A program made the translations under genes and the position numbers. The notes beneath the pieces were generated by a model. The model had not been told where the DNA came from, did not search any database, and saw nothing but the letters and a program-made list of their open reading frames with translations. A stretch of DNA of 64,000 bases from an uncultured euryarchaeote (GTDB lineage: Archaea; Thermoplasmatota; Poseidoniia; Poseidoniales; Poseidoniaceae), in assembly GCA_937899865.1 (NCBI GenBank), contig CALBRH010000044.1, forward strand, positions 64,001 to 128,000, in the 5' to 3' direction. Positions within the stretch are counted from its first letter, which is position 1. Each line of letters opens with the position of its first letter. Of this stretch, positions 18,601 to 29,500 are shown piece after piece.

Positions 18601-21600
18601 ACTTGCCACAGGAGACTTGCGCTACAACCAGATTAATACTGGTGATTATGAACTAACTAATGGATTTGATAAAATAGTCGAAAATCATATGCATACTGAA
18701 GAGCAACACGAATTGTTTGTCTCAATTCAAGAAGAGTTAGATGTCGACATAATGAAGCAAAACATTGACGATTATGCATTTACTGTCATCCAAACAAATG
18801 AAGCATCACAAGTTCAAGAAAATAGCAAGAATGTAATGGCTAGTGGATATCATAGAATAGATGGTATCGCAGATACTAGCACTCTCTATTATAGAATCTA
18901 TCAAGATGGAGAGAGAATGTTGTGTGACCCTGAAGTATCAGCATCCTGTGCTGATGGAGATTGGTCAAACTTCGATGATGCAAACATTACCTTCAACAAT
19001 AATGTTCGCTCAGGGCAAGAAACACAGTACAAAACAACTCACTATATCTTTGGTGACTATTGGTATACCAATGACTTACGTGATGAATTTGGCTCAGTTT
19101 CAACACATATTCATAGACATAACACAAGAATAGCAATGACTACACAATTACTTAATGATATTATGACTGATTCACAAATAGTCGATCTATATGACGATTT
19201 GATTGGAATGGAAGACTATTACCATGTTCAAGATTATGAAGGTCTACCAGGGGATACAATTTCTCGTGACCATGAAATTAGATACTTTGCTATTGACAAT
19301 CGACTTTATCCAAGAGCGGGTAGGTATACTGCAGATTATAGTTACAATCAAGGACAACCAATGGGTATCTTTGGTGCTCCAACAATTCTAAGTGGACAAG
19401 ATGTTACTACTTTCATGGATGAAGTGTATGAAACCTCTCGTGGCAGTAGGAATTTCGAAATGACGCGTGAAGAAGTCGACGAAGCTATGACGAATGACTT
19501 CTTAGACCAACAATCAGGTCTAGATATTGATCCACTCCAAGTGCAAGATGTTAGAGTAGATCATAACCCAGCATTCTTCGACACCATGCTTGCTAGAACA
19601 TATGTAGGATATGGTGCATCATCCCTAGGTGTTGATACCGGGTTCTCGAATCCTCAACCAGCACAACACTTTGGACTATCAGGAAGTCCAGGTTCGATAC
19701 TACAACAAGCAGTTCCATTACCAGGAGCTATGATGAATCATTTCGTAATCTCAAACTGGTATGATGAAGATAACAATTTCACAATAGGTTCTGCAAATAC
19801 TAATGTCAAGATTATGAAGTATTATTCTGGTGCAGAAATTTCTGGTTCAGTAACATTGAGTGATAACGGTGTAGCACTTCCTGGAGTAAGGCTGTTGATT
19901 GAGAGAGATGCATTCTCTGGTGAAGGGGCAGAAGACATGGATGAAGATACTTATTGGATTCCAATTGGCTTTACAGATGCTGATGAAAATGGTGAATGGT
20001 CATTCCTTGCACCTGCAGGTAAGATTAGAGTTTCTGCCTTTGTAGGAACATTTGATGCTGAACAGGCTCGAGCCACAATTAACGATGGAAGTTATACTCA
20101 AGGTCTTAGCGATTTGCTAAATGAAGAGAATGATAATCGACAAGTTAATTCGCTAACTGCAATTTTGGGTAATGTCGCTAATATGACCTGGTTGGGAGAA
20201 ACACAATACAATGTTACTGGTGAGCAAGCCAACAGAACAGCATCATTTACTGATTCAATGGACATAGAAGTTGATAGTAGCGGTATATCTGGACAATTAA
20301 CTTGGTCTGGAGATGAACTGTTTGATGGTGAAGCGATTGTTAACACAAACCTTGTTCTAAGAAATGTTCATGAAACATCTGACGATGTTGTTCTTGTAAC
20401 TACTAATGGTTCCTTCACATCTGATGAAACTAGAATTATTCAAGGAACTGGTCAAGCCACATTCACTGAGAATGGTACATTTGAGAGTGATGGTTTAGCT
20501 TCAGTACTAGATTTCCATGGAACTTTTACTCGAACAATTGGCGACAGTAGAACTTATGTTGCAAATGGAACATGGAATGGAACAGGTGAAATAAAGGCAT
20601 CATGGATTGATTTGGTTGAAGGTTTTGATGTTGATTGTATAATCGATTCTAACGATTCTAGTAATGTTACTATGCCAACTAATGAGACCTTATGTTTGAA
20701 AGATGATTCTGGAGAATTACCGATTTATCTTATAGATGGTGAGGTGAATGCTAATGGAAGATTTACATCAGTTGGAGAAACTGTACTTGTTCAAGAGCAC
20801 GAAGGTTCATCTTTCGATGGAATTGGATTCTTTGAAGGAACAGGTACTTTCAATGGCACAGGAAGATTCGTAGGTTCTGGACAATTCTCAGGAGATATGG
20901 TTAGCCCAGGTTCTTTCTATCAAACTGGAATAGTACCTGGCGAGTATGAAGTATTTGCTAATCTAGAAAATGGTAGAGAAGTGCAACTACCAGAAACGGT
21001 CACAGTTGGTATTAATCCTTCATTTGGAATTAGTTTGACGATGGCAGGTTCTATTATCTCAGGAAACCTAACTAATTCTTCTGGCGATGTAATCTCAAAT
21101 GTAACATTTGAACTAATTGATACATTATTAGAAGATTCCTCACCAATTATGGTTGAGGTCAACGAAACTGGTGGTTACAAATTTGGTCCAATTTCTACAG
21201 GAGATTATGAATTTAGAATTGATCTAGATGATGATGGATTCTATGAATCATCAGGGCAATTTACAATTGGCTCAGAATCAGAGCAATTGAGTCCAATATC
21301 CGATGTTCCGGATTCATTTGATCTTATTATCACTCTAAATTCTCCAGTTGACGAAAATGAAATACCTCTTATTGATACAGCAGAACAAAATTTCACAATT
21401 AAAGATCAATTTGGATTTAGTGTTGATGTTGTATCTGATTCTGAAGGTAAAGTAACTATTGAACTTCCTAATGGTGATTATACAATTGAACAAAATGATG
21501 TTTCCGATTATTATTTATTCTCATCTATTGAAGTTAACAACGAAGATATTGAATTTGATCTTTCATACTCTATTGCCTCAGAGATAACTGGCACATTGCT

Positions 21601-24600
21601 GGCTTATACAACTACATTTGATGAGAATTGGGAACAAAAAGACATTGATGCAAATACAACACAAGCATCTCAATTAGAGATTACCTTCAGTTCTGAAAAT
21701 TTCTCTTTCTCTACTACTACTGACTCAGATGGTAATTTCTCCATAGAATTACCTGGTGATTTAGAATATGTAATGAAGGCTTTTTCCGCAGCGTCAAATT
21801 ATGGTGTTGGGATAAATGTTAACCCAAACAATAGTAGTAATATTGATCTAGGGAATATCTACCTCAATCCGCTTGTTTCAGTTACCGGTACACTATTTGT
21901 TGATGACAACATTACTTCTTGGAATGCTCAACAATTTATTGGCCTAACTCCAGAAATAATTGCGATTGATGAAAATGGTGTTGAATGGTCGACAGAAACC
22001 TCGCCGAGCGGTGATTTCTCCTTCCAGATAGCTTCGGGTCTTTACGACTTTATGGGCTCGGAGTCTGAGTACAATATTACTACAGTTGAAGGTTGGAGTG
22101 TGACAGACTCAATCCAAGATACTATAGTAAATCTAACTGCAAATATAGAGCCAGTAATTATTGATGTTTATGTATGTTTGAGCAATGATGATGTCGAGAC
22201 TTGTGATGATATTTCACCTGCTGCAGCACAGGTTGAAATAGTAGCACCAAGTTCAGATTTCAAGTCTTATTCACTCAATACATCTGACTTTGATATTAAT
22301 GGAAAAGCCAGCTTGGAATTAATGCCAGGAAGTTATCAATTAATTGTAAATCACTCATTATCATCTGATTTAGGTGCATCGGATTACAATACTTTCTACC
22401 AATCAAAATCGGTTGAAATAAGCTTGTTTGATGATGAAAATAATGATATTCATATCATTTTGTCTAACGAACGACTCTTTACAGGCGTAGTAGAAATTGC
22501 TGATTCAACCTTGAATAATACCCAATTCCTAATGTATAATCAAACCAATGACCAATGGCTTTCAATCAATACTAATGATACAGGTGTATTTAATCAATAT
22601 GTACCTATTGGGGATTGGATAATTATTATTGCTAATCAAGATTATGAAAATAACACCTTTGTATTGAGATCCCCTATTACCATCGATGAAAATTCTGCTT
22701 CAAGAACAGAACTAACTTTATCTATGGTAGAATGTGTTGAAGTCAGTTTCAATCTAAAAGAACAATTGACTGGAGGTAATATTTCAGATGTAAGAATTAC
22801 CGCTGTAAGCAACGATGGCTATGGCAACATTACTCTTCAACCGAGTAATTCATCAGGTGCTGTTGTTGACAAAATTATGCCAGGTAGTTGGAATCTTTTC
22901 TTAGATAAAGAAACCAGCAATAAGCGCCTATCGATTGAATCAGAATTGTATAGTTTCGATACCAATGGTTTGACTACTTATGACGGTGGGGATGTAATGG
23001 TTATGACTGAGGTTACTATTGGAGGCAAGGTTTTCTGGGATTTCAATAATAATTCTCTAGTAGATTTCCTTGAAGAAATTTCTGATGCTAATTTATCGAT
23101 ATCCTCATTAGATGGTACTTTGGAATTCAATGTGACAACAAATGAAAATGGCGTTTGGTCGCAATTTGTACCAATCCAAAATACTTACAACATTACAGTC
23201 GATAAGGAAGGTTATACTACTGGTTATTACAATATTGATGGTGCTGATGGTATTTCTGTTGAAAACGAATCCGAATCATTTAACATCGATGTTGAGGCAA
23301 GTAATGTAATCGTTAATGGAGTTATCACTTCTGAATTATTAGATCAAGAAGCAAGTCTTGTAGGTGCAACGATTACTCTTTATCCTGAGTCTGGAAGAGA
23401 TGCGCAACCGGTTGTTGTGTTTGGTTCATACTCAAATGGTGAACTATCATGGTCTACTAGTGTCGAACCAGGGAATTGGATTGTAGTTGCTGAAAGTTTG
23501 GTATTTGATGAAAATACTGGTGGTATTTCAATAGGTTATTTGGATGCCAATGTAGTTGATGGTGGCACATTAGATATGGTAATGAAATCTGGTGGCTATG
23601 TCGAAATTGAAACCAGTTGGGAAGATATCACATTAACTACTCATAATGCAGGTTCTTCAGGTACTGGTTCAGATATGATTTCTGATATAGTAGAATATAC
23701 CGTAGATATCGGCCTAGAATCAAGTTGGAATTATACTGTTAGTGAGGATGGGTCAATGTCAATATTGTTACCTGTTGGCGATTTCCAAATATCTTCAACT
23801 TTTACTACTGTTCAGCACTACAAAGAACTGGAAATGGATTACTCTGGAACCACTTTCGGTACAGTCGAACAAGGAATAGTAGATGTTGAATTAAATTACT
23901 TAAGATTGCCAAACTCAGAATCAGAAGTCACCATTAATGCTACCTCAATTGCCAATGCAACATTCATCGAATCAGTAGCTCTAACACCTATTGTTGATGA
24001 TAGTGAAGACGTTAGTGATGATGATAGAATGTACAAAATTATTGAGTTTGATATCGATATAGATTATGTTGGAACAGAAATAAGTGACGTTCTAACGGTT
24101 AGTGGTACAATTGCCGACACTTTAGATTCTGAAGATTGGACTATTGAAGTCTTTAACGGGACAGAGTGGACAAATGAGGCTGAAATTAAAATTGGAATAG
24201 GTGAATCATTGAATGATGATTCAGTAGATGATTTCGCAACTGTAAAAATGCGAATGATCTTACCTAATGTAACATCATCATTAAGTCTTGAAGATGGTCA
24301 CAAGATTCGTATTGATGTTGCAGGAGAATCGGGGCCATCCGGTTTCATTGATATGATTGTGAATGTACCTCAATACTATGGTATGGAAATTTCTGATGCA
24401 ATTACTCAAACTGGAGTTTCACCAGGTGGTACTGGAACATTCTCGTTCACTCTAACTAACACAGGTAATGGTGATGATTCATTTGTCATTGAACTTGCAG
24501 AAAATCTTCCAGAAGGATGGCAGATCACACCTACGACAAGTACGTTGACTATTTCTAAAGATGATCAAAGAAATCAACCGTTCTCAATTTTTGCTCCTGA

Positions 24601-25156
24601 ATCATTTACATCAGGAGAAATTGAAGCAACTGTTACAATTACCAGTGAAGATGGTATTACATCTGAAACTATTACTGTTAAGATTCAATCAGCTAGAATC
24701 AATCTAGATGTCGATGAAACTCTTTCACAAGAATTAACTAAAGTTTACGAGAGTCAACCTGGACAATTGGTTGTACCAATTTCAAATTCAGGTTTCAGAA
24801 CTGCAAGCACAGTTCTTGTTACAGTGAACTTAACTAACGATGCAGGTAATAATGTACTTGAAAACATTGGTAATCAAACTATTAGCATCCCTGCAGGTCA
24901 AACAATCAATGCAACATTTACTTTAGATGAGTCTTCAAAGAAATTTAACAGATTTTCGATAAGCGTTGATGTTTTGGGTGAAGATATGGATTATGTTGAA
25001 GATTCAGTAGAGCCATTTGATTATCAAGAAGAAACAATTCTAGATACTTCTGAACCAACTTCTGGTTGGTTTATGATAGTAATAGTTGCTCTTACCTTAC
25101 TTGTTGGTTACGGTGGATTGAAGGTTGCACGAAATAAGAGCTCAACTAGATTCTGA
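15611..25156 (+). CDS. aglB: Giant oligosaccharyltransferase AglB/STT3 (3181 aa) with extra N-terminal membrane domain and long beta-sandwich C-terminal extension
   Basis: STT3 motifs: SDPWY (16829), YPLGGVNPRPPLF, DHD (17168), TVAE (17792), WWDYG (18461-18475), DNFQ. Followed by carboxypeptidase-regulatory-like and Ig-like repeats and a C-terminal TM. Confidence 0.92.
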   Translation: MEEKTTTLRNSPAPMLGWLIAPLAVMLAIAAIMVGGIDFDLDMNNMSPLLIVAVGAILGITPRVLKDNGAVKISSSALSLATLGVAMVGHQAIVHLTDEGAFTALQFLVAAFGVYFFDSRGRHEIATLLTFGLIGINVGMIVAGSYNSELDTIYTMPDESLMDTLNLQRQALGYVFFSYLTIFIALGLLVAVLSRGVINPEGKEGWFSKISSHDGGYNKATMPLQIATLVWILAHVGSLYHFDSVSMADKLGLTMVDDYSGHFGFWGAFFTGIMAMIVAGMFAEKWYTRSMFFGSMWLLYLVSSWYEVGFWESEQLEGTWGALIWLGFTFFICVGIYMISTHEKYGGWANLDEYEASGARKFWNAHWASLMVGAAFFFGLVIRVQWYLIPSMNAFGTGNWDMTGGSDPWYMKRVVDYILANNAHFIFDADRSYPLGGVNPRPPLFTWSIALVTMALEPMLGPDAVWIAILGLPAIYGALTIFPIATIAKDNFGKSTGVVAAWLIAFMPAHVSHSTWGLADHDAFVMLFISMGFMFWFKAIKNSGNERLTKTSSPRIAEILKSFSVVASEKRSSMAFAVLAGVSFGVASLAWKGFVVGPSILFLAYFVQVALNMFRRKDSTTLNALFLAMLISNLLMAIPFYGHPQMALILDGTGLQPFLFVLGFTLAISYVTTGFRDKPWLLVLGTLFVAATVFFIILFVLKQLEISNAWDVLFTGSGYFTKTKIFSTVAEANAPDRGQLFAQLGPIVLVLALTMGFYSMWSTFRNKNQSHLFFGIWIFAATYMSWTAARFMFNATPAVAVLGAWGIVALWDKANWQGLVRTWKKFGVRTPADRITGARKAVWRTPSFSAILLIILLVGGQQFTYGLDSAIPGTDSSEDDLDETIYNIIPDALRWELAGFSILDSSAYSGNWYLGSFGSSFNDPGWNRAYDWMAQQDSQMHFSERPAFVSWWDYGFQALDSGEHPSVSDNFQSGIPAAGNMLLARSQTDLVSMFIWQLATGDLRYNQINTGDYELTNGFDKIVENHMHTEEQHELFVSIQEELDVDIMKQNIDDYAFTVIQTNEASQVQENSKNVMASGYHRIDGIADTSTLYYRIYQDGERMLCDPEVSASCADGDWSNFDDANITFNNNVRSGQETQYKTTHYIFGDYWYTNDLRDEFGSVSTHIHRHNTRIAMTTQLLNDIMTDSQIVDLYDDLIGMEDYYHVQDYEGLPGDTISRDHEIRYFAIDNRLYPRAGRYTADYSYNQGQPMGIFGAPTILSGQDVTTFMDEVYETSRGSRNFEMTREEVDEAMTNDFLDQQSGLDIDPLQVQDVRVDHNPAFFDTMLARTYVGYGASSLGVDTGFSNPQPAQHFGLSGSPGSILQQAVPLPGAMMNHFVISNWYDEDNNFTIGSANTNVKIMKYYSGAEISGSVTLSDNGVALPGVRLLIERDAFSGEGAEDMDEDTYWIPIGFTDADENGEWSFLAPAGKIRVSAFVGTFDAEQARATINDGSYTQGLSDLLNEENDNRQVNSLTAILGNVANMTWLGETQYNVTGEQANRTASFTDSMDIEVDSSGISGQLTWSGDELFDGEAIVNTNLVLRNVHETSDDVVLVTTNGSFTSDETRIIQGTGQATFTENGTFESDGLASVLDFHGTFTRTIGDSRTYVANGTWNGTGEIKASWIDLVEGFDVDCIIDSNDSSNVTMPTNETLCLKDDSGELPIYLIDGEVNANGRFTSVGETVLVQEHEGSSFDGIGFFEGTGTFNGTGRFVGSGQFSGDMVSPGSFYQTGIVPGEYEVFANLENGREVQLPETVTVGINPSFGISLTMAGSIISGNLTNSSGDVISNVTFELIDTLLEDSSPIMVEVNETGGYKFGPISTGDYEFRIDLDDDGFYESSGQFTIGSESEQLSPISDVPDSFDLIITLNSPVDENEIPLIDTAEQNFTIKDQFGFSVDVVSDSEGKVTIELPNGDYTIEQNDVSDYYLFSSIEVNNEDIEFDLSYSIASEITGTLLAYTTTFDENWEQKDIDANTTQASQLEITFSSENFSFSTTTDSDGNFSIELPGDLEYVMKAFSAASNYGVGINVNPNNSSNIDLGNIYLNPLVSVTGTLFVDDNITSWNAQQFIGLTPEIIAIDENGVEWSTETSPSGDFSFQIASGLYDFMGSESEYNITTVEGWSVTDSIQDTIVNLTANIEPVIIDVYVCLSNDDVETCDDISPAAAQVEIVAPSSDFKSYSLNTSDFDINGKASLELMPGSYQLIVNHSLSSDLGASDYNTFYQSKSVEISLFDDENNDIHIILSNERLFTGVVEIADSTLNNTQFLMYNQTNDQWLSINTNDTGVFNQYVPIGDWIIIIANQDYENNTFVLRSPITIDENSASRTELTLSMVECVEVSFNLKEQLTGGNISDVRITAVSNDGYGNITLQPSNSSGAVVDKIMPGSWNLFLDKETSNKRLSIESELYSFDTNGLTTYDGGDVMVMTEVTIGGKVFWDFNNNSLVDFLEEISDANLSISSLDGTLEFNVTTNENGVWSQFVPIQNTYNITVDKEGYTTGYYNIDGADGISVENESESFNIDVEASNVIVNGVITSELLDQEASLVGATITLYPESGRDAQPVVVFGSYSNGELSWSTSVEPGNWIVVAESLVFDENTGGISIGYLDANVVDGGTLDMVMKSGGYVEIETSWEDITLTTHNAGSSGTGSDMISDIVEYTVDIGLESSWNYTVSEDGSMSILLPVGDFQISSTFTTVQHYKELEMDYSGTTFGTVEQGIVDVELNYLRLPNSESEVTINATSIANATFIESVALTPIVDDSEDVSDDDRMYKIIEFDIDIDYVGTEISDVLTVSGTIADTLDSEDWTIEVFNGTEWTNEAEIKIGIGESLNDDSVDDFATVKMRMILPNVTSSLSLEDGHKIRIDVAGESGPSGFIDMIVNVPQYYGMEISDAITQTGVSPGGTGTFSFTLTNTGNGDDSFVIELAENLPEGWQITPTTSTLTISKDDQRNQPFSIFAPESFTSGEIEATVTITSEDGITSETITVKIQSARINLDVDETLSQELTKVYESQPGQLVVPISNSGFRTASTVLVTVNLTNDAGNNVLENIGNQTISIPAGQTINATFTLDESSKKFNRFSISVDVLGEDMDYVEDSVEPFDYQEETILDTSEPTSGWFMIVIVALTLLVGYGGLKVARNKSSTRF

Positions 25157-25208
25157 TTTCAGACAATAGATTAAATGCTTGACCCGCAGATTACTGTGTG
25201 GTGGAGAG

Positions 25209-26423
25209 ATGGGTAGTTTAGATACTGTTGAGTTGTTACCTGAACCAGACGATAGCCGAATACTATCAGCAATCGATCCATCTGCAGTTGGTTTTCAAGA
25301 TGATTGGAGGGCTGAAGTAACAGGCTGGGCCCCAGCAATACCTACGCCAATAAAGCGCGTACGTGGGAGTAAATTTTTGATTACTAATGGTGTTCTATTC
25401 GCTATTTTTGCAGTTATATTACTATGGGTTTGGCAATCAGGTTTCCTAGTTATTGATTTACCACCGGCTAAATCCGAATGGGCTGCAGAACAGGCTGGAT
25501 TCTCAGATTCCACCTTGGATGGACTAACTGGCGAAGGAGTTAGAGTTTGTATAGTGGATACGGGAATAGATCTATCTAACCCTGCTTTTGATGGTGTTGA
25601 GATTGTTTTCAAGGATATGATTGGCGATTCATCAACACCAGTAGACTATGGATTTTTAGCACATGGTACACTTATGAGTGGTTTACTAATTTCTCAATCG
25701 CATCAAATTGGTATGTCACCTAATATCAAATTGGGTGTAGTCGCGGCTTTAGGTGATGATGGTACTGGAAAGAATACTGCTGATGAAAATGAAGTGGCAC
25801 AAGCGATTAATTGGTGTATAGACAATTTTTCTGCAGATATTATTTCTCTATCTTTAGGTGGCACTCAATCTGATGGAATGATGCGAGAAGGACCATCAGT
25901 ATCGGTGACTAGGAAAGCAGTTGATATGGGGATTTATGTTATAGCTGCAGCGGGTAATGATGGGGGTTCAGAAGATGATGGTAGAGTTTCAGTACCAAGT
26001 AATGTAGCGAGAGCAATTTCAGTAGGTGCTTCAATTAGAGGTGGTGAAGTTTGGGAAAATAGTTCAATGGGATCCCAGATTATGCCAAATGGTGAAGCAA
26101 GAAGCAATCCAAATTTAAAACCGGAAATCATTGCTCCTGGGCAATCAATTATCAGTACAGGTAGAGGAAACACTTGGTATTCAAGTAGTGGAACTTCAGA
26201 TGCAACGGTATTTGTCACTGCTGCGTTGGCATTAATCTTAGAAGACCAACCTAATCTTAAACCTAATAGTGAATCAGATGGCTCATGTATTGATGCAGTT
26301 AAGGAAGCCTTGAGATTAAGCACTGAATCAAATGGACAAACCCATGACAATAAATCAGGCTATGGTGAATTAAATGCTGCTAATTGGTTAACTGAGGTGA
26401 GAAACTTACCAATTTGCCAATAA
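25209..26423 (+). CDS. Membrane-anchored subtilisin-family (S8) serine peptidase
   Basis: Triad VCIVDTGID (25557), HGTLMSG (25662), SGTSDA (26196); oxyanion AAAGND; KPEIIAPG; one N-terminal TM. ATG 25209 follows GGTGGAG. Confidence 0.9.
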   Translation: MGSLDTVELLPEPDDSRILSAIDPSAVGFQDDWRAEVTGWAPAIPTPIKRVRGSKFLITNGVLFAIFAVILLWVWQSGFLVIDLPPAKSEWAAEQAGFSDSTLDGLTGEGVRVCIVDTGIDLSNPAFDGVEIVFKDMIGDSSTPVDYGFLAHGTLMSGLLISQSHQIGMSPNIKLGVVAALGDDGTGKNTADENEVAQAINWCIDNFSADIISLSLGGTQSDGMMREGPSVSVTRKAVDMGIYVIAAAGNDGGSEDDGRVSVPSNVARAISVGASIRGGEVWENSSMGSQIMPNGEARSNPNLKPEIIAPGQSIISTGRGNTWYSSSGTSDATVFVTAALALILEDQPNLKPNSESDGSCIDAVKEALRLSTESNGQTHDNKSGYGELNAANWLTEVRNLPICQ

Positions 26424-26552
26424 AAAGCAATATTGGTCTGAAAATTTTATTCCATTTGTGATACAAATAGCCTGATTTGATATTCTTAAAAAAATCAGTG
26501 TTAGCGCAGTATTATATTGTTCGATTGAATAGGCCAATATAGAGGAGTAACT

Positions 26553-29500
26553 ATGTCTTCAAATCTTAAGAAAAAAAGTGTTTCAATGATAGCCTTGATG
26601 TTTGCATCGGTCATGCTATCGATGATTTCAGTACCATCAGTTTCTGCTGCAGGAATAAATCAAACTACAGCAGGATTGCTTAACGGTCAAGAAACTTGGA
26701 CTGGCACTCACACTTTGACTGATAATGTTACGGTTGCACCTGGTGCAACATTGGTTGTTAATGCTGGGTCAACAATTAACATACCGTTTGGTAAATTCAT
26801 CGATGTTAGGGGTGCTATTTGTGTGGCTGCTAGGGTTTGTGGCGCACCAGCGGATGGCTCAGTCGGAAATGAGGTAACATTCTCATGGAGCATTCCATCA
26901 GAAGCAGAATATCTTGTTCGAGGTTCATGTTTGGGAAGTGTTGACGCAGCATGTGGTTCTGGAATGATAATTAGAAACACAATCGATGAATCAAAGACTG
27001 GTTTGAATTTTGTTGAGTTTGAAAATGCCTTTGGCTATGAGTATATTTACTATGTTGGAAGTAATCCTCAAGCAAAATATGCGGCTTTAGTTTTGGATGG
27101 ACCAAGAACCAATGCTAATGGTTTAATCTTCACCAATACTAACGCATCAAACATCTTTTTGACTAATTTAGCAAACCCTACAATAACAGACTCGACATTT
27201 TCTTTGGGAGTTGATGGATATTCACTGGGTAAGCGTGCTGCTATTGATGCATTGGGTGCAGGTGCTGGAATATCGGATCCAATGAGTATCTCAAGTTCAA
27301 CATTTACTGGCGATTCTGAAGGTTCTTGTGGAAATAGTGGTACTGGTATACAAATGATATATGTCGATAATTCTTACGTATCTTTTGATGACATTACTAT
27401 TTCTGATAATGGGTTTGGTGTTTTCATGAAAGAGTCTTCAGGGAAATTAATTAATTCAGATATTTCAATAAATTGTGCTGCAGTAAATACTAATGGACAT
27501 AAGCAAACAGGTTCAATAAAACATACCTTGGAAATAAATGACAATGTTCTAACAACTGCGGAAGGAGCTGGGATTACGGCTTATGATCAAGCGATTATTT
27601 CTGCATCACGGAATACAATTTCAGGTGCTGAGCAAGGTTCTGGAGTAGCCATACGTTCTTCCATAGCAGAGTTATATGATAACAACATTGGCCCTATTGG
27701 TGGATTTAATGGGCTGTGGATTTATGGAACATCAGATGTAATTGCTATTGGCAACAATATTTCTAACACAGGAAAGGAAGCAGTAGTTCACGGTGAATAT
27801 CACTACCAAGATAGTGGATGGCCTTCTATCCAACCTTCGGAATCAAGGCTATTTATGGAAAATAACATTATTGACAATAATTCTGGAACATGTAACTCTG
27901 TCAAGATGTATGGCGGAGATTTTCAATGCCCTGCAATTCATATTTTCCGTGCTTCGGCAACTTTGTATAACAATGTTGTAAAAAATAACGTTGGTGATGC
28001 ATTAAGAATAAAGGGTGGAATAGTTAATGTCCAAAACAATGACATGCAAACCAATAGTTTTGCTGTCAACATATCTCATCATGATGATAATTATGGCAAC
28101 AAATATGGCTCAATTGGTTATTTCTCCGGTAATACCTTCGTAGGTGCATTACAAGTTTACAATATAACTGAATCAATGGTAACAATACAATCAGAAAATA
28201 TACCTGCACCTGGAGGCAATGAATTGTATCCAATCAATATGCAATGGCTTGGCGCCGAATGTCCAGATGTTCAAAATGAGTGTCTTAAGTTGCCTAATAC
28301 TGCAAATATGCCGCCAGCTGAAATGCCTATGGCATTAGAATTAGTTAACAATTCTACTGTTTTATCATTTGCAGGTCTACAAAATTTTGATACCTCGAAG
28401 ATTCATGTTACTAATCAACAATCTGCTTGGGGCAATCAAGTTAGAGAAGGTGAATTAGTCAAGTTTAGAGTGAAGGCAGCAAATGTAGATGTTGAAGGTG
28501 CAACTGTAATTATCAAAGATGCGGTTGGAACTCCACTTTACACAATGATTACCGATGCACAAGGATACACTGATGAAGTGACATTAGCTAGTGATTTTTA
28601 TCTAGATCGAAACAATAACCATGTTGTTGGTGAAAGTAACGTACAAGTTCAGTTAGCAAATGCATCAGGTGGTCCACCTATTGTTAGAACACTTGATGAG
28701 AATACCTGTTCAGATGGTTATGATAATGACGGTGATACATTAACAGATGATGACGATACTGATTGTTTAAATGATAGAGAAATACCTCAATATAAGGTAG
28801 AAGCCTATAAATTTGGCAAAGGTGTATTTGAGTATGATTTCGTATTAACTGGGCCAGTTGATGATATTATTTCGTTAGTAAATGTGGCTCCAAGTGTGAC
28901 AGTTGAGCAACCCGAATTGACCTCATTTGCTCGTGTAGTGACATTATCGGGTACTGCTTGGGATGGAGAAGCGCCTCCATATGCAAGTGATATAATTGCA
29001 CAACAGAAACAATTCGGTTATGTAGAAGATGTTCAAGTTCAACCTCCAGGCTCAAGTGTTTGGATTTCAGCAGTTGATACATCGAACTCAGGTGGTGAAA
29101 TTACACAAGGCAGTTATCCATTTAGTACATGGTCTTTCCAATATGATATGTCAGATCATGCTGAAGGAGAAGGTGATGTAACATTTAGAATACGCTCTTT
29201 TGATGGATTAGATTATTCGCCAATTACTGTGAAGAAATATAAATTAAATCTACAAGCACCTAGCATAGTTGTTAATACTCCAGCTCAAAACTCTCAACAT
29301 GATACTAATTCTCCGAAAGGTTCGGTAATTTCCTTTAGTGGTACGGCAAGCGATCCTTACTTCGGAGTAAATGGAAATGATATCAAGGAAATTTGGTTTG
29401 AAATTTTTGAGAATTCCAATCCTCAATTTGCTTCAAAATTTGCCATTACTCCAGCACCTGGTGAAACACTGTCAGCTTGGCAATATGATTGGAATTACAG

